This document shows, in pieces, positions 8,042-13,795 of a stretch of 13,795 nt of DNA. A model generated the notes under the pieces. It searched no databases, was not told the origin of the DNA, and saw only the letters and a list, made by a program, of their open reading frames with translations. This stretch comes from a bacterium (lineage in GTDB: Bacteria; SZUA-182; DTGQ01; JAFGSM01), in NCBI GenBank assembly GCA_049472315.1, contig JBLIRN010000071.1, forward strand, positions 1-13,795, given 5' to 3'. The stretch's first letter is position 1; every line of letters begins with the position of its first letter. Made by a program: the position numbers and the translations under genes.

Positions 8042-8080
8042 ATGATACCAAACGTTAGCATAAACCATGGTACAATTCAA
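8042..8080 (-). promoter_or_regulatory. Possible sigma70-type promoter for the aminotransferase-lpxB segment
   Basis: Minus strand TTGAAT (8080-8075)-N17-TAACGT (8057-8052) with an extended TG. An alternative extended -10, TGgTATCAT, lies at 8050-8042. Both are in an AT-richer intergenic gap. Confidence 0.35.
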
Positions 8081-8179
8081 GAAATCCAAAGCCCTTCCGG
8101 AAATCCGATTGTGAATTGCCCGGCGAAGAATCGGAAAAAGGGACGACCCAGAGGAAGGGTATGCAGGCCCTCTTTCGCC

Positions 8180-8977
8180 TTATCCGGTTTCGCTTCCTTG
8201 ACTGAACTTATCATGGATTTCCTTTCGCTCCAGTTCCTTGAGGAATGCGTATTTTGCAAAGCAGGCCGCCGCCCCTCCCGCAGACACCACCAGACCGGGG
8301 AATCCATCCAGAATGCCCGCCCTGATGAAGAACCGGTAGAAAAATGTGTATATGGGGCGGAGCGTCAGGTCGGATATCCCCGCCCGTGTTCCCGTCCGGT
8401 ATTTCTCATGGGCCATGATGTGGGCATAGCGTATCTGGGTCATGAGATAGTGACGGCAATCCTGCCATGCATAGTGGAGGATATCAAAGGGAAGCTTTTG
8501 GGTCCTTCCCGAAACCAGGAGCGTGTCATGGGGATTCACCCCTCCCCACCTGGCCTTTTCCCTGCGGGCAAGCCTCAATTTGTAGTCGGGATAGAGGCTG
8601 GAGTGTGCCATGACCCGGCCGAGAAATACATGCCTTCGCCGCACCTCGAATCCGTCCGCCGATGAGCTCCGGAAATCAAGCGTAAACAGGAAATCCCTCA
8701 ACTCCGGCGTGACCCGTTCATCCGCGTCCAGGCACAGTACCCATGGATTGTTACACTGCTCCAGAGCCCATTGCTTCTGCTGCCAGTGACCTTCAAACGG
8801 CCTCGCGTATACCCGGGCACCCATGTTCCGAGCGATCTCTCGTGTCCTGTCGGTGCTGTTTGAGTCGACCACCACCATTTCACTGCAAAAATCCACACTC
8901 CTGAGGCAGTCCGGGATGTTGTGCTCCTCGTTCAGGGTGATGATCGACGCCGACACAGGCAGATGACGGTCGGTCAT
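8180..8977 (-). CDS. Glycosyltransferase family 2, WaaE/KdtX/LgtF-like LPS core beta-glucosyltransferase
   Basis: SASIITLNEEHNIPDCLRSV, VVVDSNSTDRT, WVLCLDADERVTPEL, YPDYKLRL and GILDGFPG. ATGA overlap with the hemL stop (8974-8977). Confidence 0.9.
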   Translation of the reverse strand: MTDRHLPVSASIITLNEEHNIPDCLRSVDFCSEMVVVDSNSTDRTREIARNMGARVYARPFEGHWQQKQWALEQCNNPWVLCLDADERVTPELRDFLFTLDFRSSSADGFEVRRRHVFLGRVMAHSSLYPDYKLRLARREKARWGGVNPHDTLLVSGRTQKLPFDILHYAWQDCRHYLMTQIRYAHIMAHEKYRTGTRAGISDLTLRPIYTFFYRFFIRAGILDGFPGLVVSAGGAAACFAKYAFLKELERKEIHDKFSQGSETG

Positions 8978-10263
8978 AGGGTAACGGACCTCATTGCCTT
9001 GTATATCGCCTCGATGGTCTCGTTGATGACCTCATCATTATGGGCCATGGACACGAAGTGCGCCTCGAATTGCGAGGGCGGAACATAGACCCCCAATTCA
9101 AGCAGGGCCCAGAAAAAACGGGCATAGTGCTGCGTATCGCTCGTTTTGGCGGTAGCGTAATCAACCACCTTCTGCGAGGTGAAAAATGGACAGAGCATGG
9201 AGCCTACCTGGTGGACCTGTACGTCCTGCTTTGCCTCCTTCGCCGCCTTCCGGATCCCCCTGGCGAGTTTCCTGCCTTGCGTCTCCAGGCGCTCGTACGT
9301 ATCCTTCTCCTGCAGGAGTTCAAGGGTCTTTATGCCCGCTGCCATGGCCAGGGGATTCCCGGAAAGGGTTCCCGCCTGGTACACGGGACCTGCAGGCGCA
9401 AGATATTCCATGATCTCCTTTCTGCCGCCGAAGGCACCCACCGGAAGGCCCCCGCCGATGACCTTGCCGAGGCAGGTTAGATCCGGCTTCAAACCATAGA
9501 TCTGCTGGGCGCCTCCGGGGGCCAGACGAAAACCGGTCATGACCTCGTCAAAGATAAGAAGGACATCGAATCGATCGGTAAGCACCCGGAGTTCTTCGAG
9601 ATATCCCTTCTCCGGAGGTACCACGCCCATGTTGCCCGGAACGGGTTCCAGGATCACCGCGGCGATCTGCCTGGCCTGATCCTCCAGAATTCTTTTTATG
9701 GCATTGATATTGTTGAATGGCACGGTGATCGTATCCTGGGCAAGAGAATGAGTTACCCCCTTGCTGTCAGGGATCCCCAAGGTGGTGGCACCGGAGCCCG
9801 CCTTGACCAGGAGGCTGTCCACATGACCATGATAGCACCCTTCGACCTTGATGATCTTGTCCCTTCCGCTATACCCGCGCGCCAGCCGAATGGCGCTCAT
9901 GGTGGCCTCGGTTCCCGAATTCACCAATCGTACCCGCTCTATGGAGGGAACCATTCTCACGATGAGCTCGGCCAGACGCACCTCTGCCTCAGTGGGGGTC
10001 CCAAAACTCGTGCCGCGGGCAACAGCCTCCTGGAGCACGGATACCACCTCAGGGTGTGCATGCCCGAGAATCATCGGACCCCATGAACCAACGTAATCAT
10101 AATAGCGTCGTCCGTCCACGTCGAACAGGCAGGGGCCTTCCGCCCGTGTCATGAAGATCGGTGAACCTCCGACCGCCTTGAAGGCCCTGACCGGGCTGTT
10201 GACCCCCCCTATCAGGTATTTGCCGGCTTCCTTCCATAATTTCTGAGATTTTGAGAACATCAT
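8974..10263 (-). CDS. hemL: Glutamate-1-semialdehyde 2,1-aminomutase
   Basis: GGVNSPVRAFKAVGG, DYVGSWGPMILGHAHP, NSGTEATMSAIRLARG, GCYHGH, FDEVMTGFR, GKVIGGGLPVGA, YQAGTLSGNPLAM and PSQFE. GGGAGG RBS. Confidence 0.98.
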   Translation of the reverse strand: MMFSKSQKLWKEAGKYLIGGVNSPVRAFKAVGGSPIFMTRAEGPCLFDVDGRRYYDYVGSWGPMILGHAHPEVVSVLQEAVARGTSFGTPTEAEVRLAELIVRMVPSIERVRLVNSGTEATMSAIRLARGYSGRDKIIKVEGCYHGHVDSLLVKAGSGATTLGIPDSKGVTHSLAQDTITVPFNNINAIKRILEDQARQIAAVILEPVPGNMGVVPPEKGYLEELRVLTDRFDVLLIFDEVMTGFRLAPGGAQQIYGLKPDLTCLGKVIGGGLPVGAFGGRKEIMEYLAPAGPVYQAGTLSGNPLAMAAGIKTLELLQEKDTYERLETQGRKLARGIRKAAKEAKQDVQVHQVGSMLCPFFTSQKVVDYATAKTSDTQHYARFFWALLELGVYVPPSQFEAHFVSMAHNDEVINETIEAIYKAMRSVTL

Positions 10264-10300
10264 GATCCTCCCTAAGCATTCGCGAGGTGATGGTCACACC

Positions 10301-10771
10301 TCAGAGGTACTTCATGCTCCTCTTCTTCCATTCCTTGGTCGTATGCAGCACCCTGTACTCCCTGATTCCCGTTTCTTCTGCAACCCTCCTGATGAGGGCT
10401 TCCACCGCCTCCCTATCCGGAGCGTGAAACATGGTGTAGAGGTTGTACGGCCAATCCGATCGTGTTGGCCGCTCGTAGCAGTGGCTTATAAAGGGATACC
10501 GGGCAATCCGTAATCCTATCCGCTCCATCTCGGAGGGAGGAACGGACCATGCCACCATGGCGTTTCCCCGGATGCCTATATCATGATGCCTGACCAGTGC
10601 ACCGAATCTCCTTATAACCCCCTCCTGCATCCACCCCTCGATTCGATCCACCACCTGCTCCTCGGTCATACCCAGTCTTTTCGCAATGACCCTGAATGGT
10701 TCCTTTTCCTCGGGCAGGTCATCCTGGAGAAAACGGATCAACTGACGATCCTTTTCCGTAAACCCTTCCAT
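10301..10771 (-). CDS. ahbB: Sirohaem decarboxylase subunit (AhbB/NirH-like, Lrp/AsnC fold)
   Basis: 156 aa from ATG 10771 (AGGGGG upstream). LQDDLP...PF, GVIRRFGALVRH, NAMVAW and SHCYERPTRSDWPYNLYTMFH match the AhbA/AhbB family; adjacent to hemL. Beta versus alpha subunit is inferred. Confidence 0.82.
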   Translation of the reverse strand: MEGFTEKDRQLIRFLQDDLPEEKEPFRVIAKRLGMTEEQVVDRIEGWMQEGVIRRFGALVRHHDIGIRGNAMVAWSVPPSEMERIGLRIARYPFISHCYERPTRSDWPYNLYTMFHAPDREAVEALIRRVAEETGIREYRVLHTTKEWKKRSMKYL

Positions 10772-11195
10772 GCCGGTAACCCCCTGAAACCTATAAAATA
10801 ATAAAATCCCCACCCATAGCTAAGCATCCCTGCAGCATTGTATAATGCCGTAACTGCGCCATTTCCTTACCCGATATACATGGAACGCATACCAGCGAGA
10901 GGATGAATCAAACGGATCCCGATCAGCCATTCCGATCGAGACCGATTTCAACACTTGTCGAAGCGCACAGGAAACTATATCATGGTTTGCATTGCAGTCA
11001 AAGATCCTCACATGGTCAAAATGTGATTTTTCACCGCACATAACACAGAGTGCATAGGGAAGATCAATTAAAAATACTGTGTTCTCACTGAACTCTGTGG
11101 CAGATTTCAAAGGCGCACCTTGTTGACATTTGGAGCTTATTTGCCGCATGCTATCTCCTGTGGGGCGCGGTCCCTTTTTGGTTAAATAGGAAATC

Positions 11196-11224
11196 TTGAT
11201 TTTGATCCGATGCTGGGGTAATAT
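11196..11224 (+). promoter_or_regulatory. Possible sigma70-type promoter for ruvX-mltG-hisG
   Basis: TTGATT (11196-11201)-N17-TAATAT (11219-11224) in AT-rich DNA. A second candidate is TTGACA (11123-11128)-N18-CATGCT (11147-11152). Confidence 0.35.
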
Positions 11225-11247
11225 ACTGGAGTAATCTATAAAATTAA

Positions 11248-11745
11248 ATGATTGATTTATCAATGTATGAATCCAATTCTCAATCCCCTGCATCAAATGA
11301 GGAAAAGAACGGACAAGGCCGTTTTTTGGCCTTGGATATCGGCGACAAACGGATCGGTATGGCTGTCAGTGACCCCCTCGGATTGACTGCCCAAGGACTT
11401 CCCACACTTTTAAGACGCGGGAAAAGGCATGATGTAGGAAGTATTATCGATGTAATTATGCGGTACGGTGTCACCCGCGTGATTTATGGGCTTCCACGAC
11501 ACATGCACGGGGGCATTGGAACGCAGGCCGAAAAAACCGAACGGTTCATCGATCTGCTCAAATCCCGGGTACAGTGTCCCTTTGCCTCCTGGGACGAGAG
11601 ACTGACTTCACGGCATGCGGAACAGGCACTCATGGAATCAGGTATATCCAGAAAAAAAAGGGCTGAAAAGGTGGACATGGTTTCTGCGGTATTGATACTG
11701 CAGAGCTATCTCGATTATTCACGAATCCATGGAGAACAACGATGA
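11248..11745 (+). CDS. ruvX: Holliday-junction-resolvase-like / pre-16S rRNA nuclease YqgF
   Basis: LALDIGDKRIGMAVSDPLG, GLP, WDERLTS and VDMVSAVLILQSYLD. Start uncertain (ATG 11248 or 11263). Confidence 0.95.
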   Translation: MIDLSMYESNSQSPASNEEKNGQGRFLALDIGDKRIGMAVSDPLGLTAQGLPTLLRRGKRHDVGSIIDVIMRYGVTRVIYGLPRHMHGGIGTQAEKTERFIDLLKSRVQCPFASWDERLTSRHAEQALMESGISRKKRAEKVDMVSAVLILQSYLDYSRIHGEQR

Positions 11746-12740
11746 TACGGGATTCCCTCATTATTGCCTTAATAAGCATTTTCCTGGTATTGACCGCTGT
11801 TGTCTATATAACGGTGTTCGCCCCTATGGGATCCGAGGGCCCTGAACAGGTCATGCTCATCCCGGAAGGCTCCGGGATCAAGTCGATTGCCTTCAGCCTG
11901 GAGTCGGCCGGTCTCGTCCGCAGTGCCCGCGCATTCTATCTGTTGAGTCTATTCCACGGTAAGGGCGATCTCAAGGCTGGGGAATACGCATTTAAACCAC
12001 GCATGAGCCCGTTGGAAATCCTCACCATAATGGAGCAGGGGCGCGTGGTGCAGCACAAGATTACCATACCGGAAGGGTACAACATCTATCAGACAGCAAA
12101 TATACTGGACAGGAAACGAATAACGGACAAGGACGTCTTTCTGGCATACTGTGCGGACCCCAATACATTGCGATCCTGGGGTATAGAAGGAGAAACCGTC
12201 GAGGGGTATCTTTTCCCTGATACCTATTTTTTCAGCAGAAACATCCCCGTGCAAAGGATCGTCGATACAATGCTACGACGCTTCTGGACGGTATTCACAC
12301 CCCAGATGTCTGACCGCGCTCAGGAGATAGGGTATTCGCTGCACGAAATCGTCACCCTGGCATCACTCATTGAAAAGGAGACTGCGTTACCTTCCGAGCG
12401 ATCCCTCATATCGGCGGTGTTTCACAATCGGCTCAAGGAGCGCATGAGACTCCAATGCGACCCGACCGTTATCTATGGCATGGAAAACTATGACGGCAAT
12501 CTCACCAAGAAGGACCTCCGTACGGTTACTCCATACAATACCTATCGGAAAAGGGGCCTTCCTCCCGGCCCCATAGCCAATCCCGGCGTGGGCAGTCTCA
12601 ATGCCGCCCTCTATCCCGCTGACGTTCCATACAGATATTTTGTCTCCCGAAATGACGGCTCCCACGAGTTTTCAGAAACGCTTCAGGAACATAATCGCGC
12701 TGTGTATAAATATCAGAAACGGAGGAAACGAACGCTATGA
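11742..12740 (+). CDS. mltG: Endolytic transglycosylase MltG (YceG family)
   Basis: N-terminal TM helix; [29 protein letters not shown] (catalytic Glu), VFHNRL, LQCDPT and [20 protein letters not shown] overlap with ruvX. Confidence 0.97.
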   Translation: MIRDSLIIALISIFLVLTAVVYITVFAPMGSEGPEQVMLIPEGSGIKSIAFSLESAGLVRSARAFYLLSLFHGKGDLKAGEYAFKPRMSPLEILTIMEQGRVVQHKITIPEGYNIYQTANILDRKRITDKDVFLAYCADPNTLRSWGIEGETVEGYLFPDTYFFSRNIPVQRIVDTMLRRFWTVFTPQMSDRAQEIGYSLHEIVTLASLIEKETALPSERSLISAVFHNRLKERMRLQCDPTVIYGMENYDGNLTKKDLRTVTPYNTYRKRGLPPGPIANPGVGSLNAALYPADVPYRYFVSRNDGSHEFSETLQEHNRAVYKYQKRRKRTL

Positions 12741-13606
12741 AACTGAAAATCGGCATCCCCAAGGGGAGCCTCCAGGAATCCACAATCGCCCTGTTCCGCA
12801 AGGCAGGATATCGTATTACGGTAAACCAGCGATCCTACTATCCCTCTATTGATGACCCCGACATGGAGGGATTGCTCATCAGGGCCCAGGAGATGGCAAT
12901 CTACGTGGAAAACGGCGTGCTCGATGTGGGATTGACCGGATGGGACTGGGTCCTGGAACAGGGAGCGGATGTGGTGGAGGTAACCAATCTCAGCTATGCG
13001 AAATCCGGGCGCACCTCGGTCCGCTGGGTCCTCGCGGTGCCCGAATCCTCCTCAATCAAATCCATCAAGGATCTGGAGGGGAAAAGGGTTTCCACCGAAC
13101 TGGTCAACGTGACCAAGAAATACTTCGAGGAACGGGGGGTTCATCCGGAGGTATTCTTTTCGTGGGGCGCCACGGAGGTCAAGGCCCCTGATCTTGCTGA
13201 CGCGATTGTGGAGCTTACGGAAACGGGAAGTTCCCTGAAGGCCAACAAGCTCCGTATCGTGGAAACCATCATGGAATCCACCACACGCCTGATCGCAAAC
13301 AAGGAGGCCTGGGACAATGAATGGAAAAGGACCAAGATGGAAAACCTGGCCTGTCTGTTAAACGCTGCATTGATGGCAGAGGAGAAGGTGGGGCTCAAGA
13401 TGAATGTGAGAAAAGGGGACCTGGAAAACATCGTCGCCGTATTGCCCGCCTTGCACACCCCGACGATAGCGCACCTGACAGACCCGGACTGGCTGGACAT
13501 TGAGGTCATTATCGATGAAAAGGTGGTCAGGGATATTATCCCTTGTCTGAAAAAGGCCGGTGCAACAGGGATTGTCGAATACCCCTTGAGCAAGGTGATC
13601 CCTTGA
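12737..13606 (+). CDS. hisG: ATP phosphoribosyltransferase, long form
   Basis: [31 protein letters not shown] and [13 protein letters not shown], plus a C-terminal regulatory domain (LPALHTPT...[13 protein letters not shown]). ATGA overlap with mltG. Confidence 0.97.
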   Translation: MKLKIGIPKGSLQESTIALFRKAGYRITVNQRSYYPSIDDPDMEGLLIRAQEMAIYVENGVLDVGLTGWDWVLEQGADVVEVTNLSYAKSGRTSVRWVLAVPESSSIKSIKDLEGKRVSTELVNVTKKYFEERGVHPEVFFSWGATEVKAPDLADAIVELTETGSSLKANKLRIVETIMESTTRLIANKEAWDNEWKRTKMENLACLLNAALMAEEKVGLKMNVRKGDLENIVAVLPALHTPTIAHLTDPDWLDIEVIIDEKVVRDIIPCLKKAGATGIVEYPLSKVIP

Positions 13607-13717
13607 GCATTCATGGGGCAAGTAACCTGAATAATTGAGAATCGGCATCCTATCGGTATTGTGCATCCCTTTGAAAACGGCCATGACGTGTATTACCCTT
13701 TTGTGGAGGAGGCAGCA

Positions 13718-13795
13718 GTGAAAGAGAGGATTTTAGTCGCTATAAAGGATGAAAGGCTCCTGGATGAATCATCCACCGCCCTTCATGAGCACGAT
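13718..13795 (+). CDS. Start of a protein truncated by the window edge; possibly a response-regulator receiver-like domain
   Basis: Strong RBS GGAGGAGG followed by GTG 13718; open to the end: MKERILVAIKDERLLDESSTALHEHD. Only 26 codons are visible. Confidence 0.55.
   Translation, partial: MKERILVAIKDERLLDESSTALHEHD

Noticed and set aside
8132..8175. Intrinsic terminator after the GT2 gene (…GTCCCTTTTT on the minus strand)
   Set aside because: A U-tract is present but the stem is weak and interrupted; not supportable.
10301..10813. Lrp/AsnC transcriptional regulator call, and the longer 10813 start
   Set aside because: The HCYER..WPYNLYTMxH motif and hemL adjacency favour sirohaem decarboxylase; ATG 10771 has an RBS and gives a family-typical length.
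10772..11247. tRNA, riboswitch, CRISPR or IS remnant in the divergent spacer
   Set aside because: No cloverleaf, known aptamer core, repeat-spacer periodicity or terminal inverted repeats recognised by eye. An Rfam/Infernal scan would be needed to exclude a structured RNA.
11652..11659. A8 run in ruvX as a slippage site
   Set aside because: The ORF is intact, and the conserved C-terminus and mltG overlap are in frame 0.

Overview
A 13.8-kb chromosomal housekeeping region from a GC-rich Gram-negative bacterium; the gene set and protein style suggest a Desulfobacterota/deltaproteobacterial-type anaerobe (inference). The minus strand carries one long co-oriented run: ahbB-hemL (haem synthesis), a GT2 glycosyltransferase, a DegT-family aminotransferase (GnnB candidate), lpxB, a DUF374 acyltransferase-like gene, waaA, lpxL/htrB, two GT9 heptosyltransferases, and a GT4 glycosyltransferase that runs off the left edge and is missing from the ORF track. 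After an AT-rich divergent spacer of about 480 bp, the plus strand carries ruvX-mltG-hisG and the start of a receiver-like ORF. The most notable feature is the DUF374 gene, which is split by a -1 frame transition exactly at an A10 run. A hairpin lies 12 nt downstream and the second frame is fully intact, so recoding or phase variation is possible, although a homopolymer sequencing error cannot be excluded. I found no mobile elements, CRISPR arrays, tRNA or rRNA.
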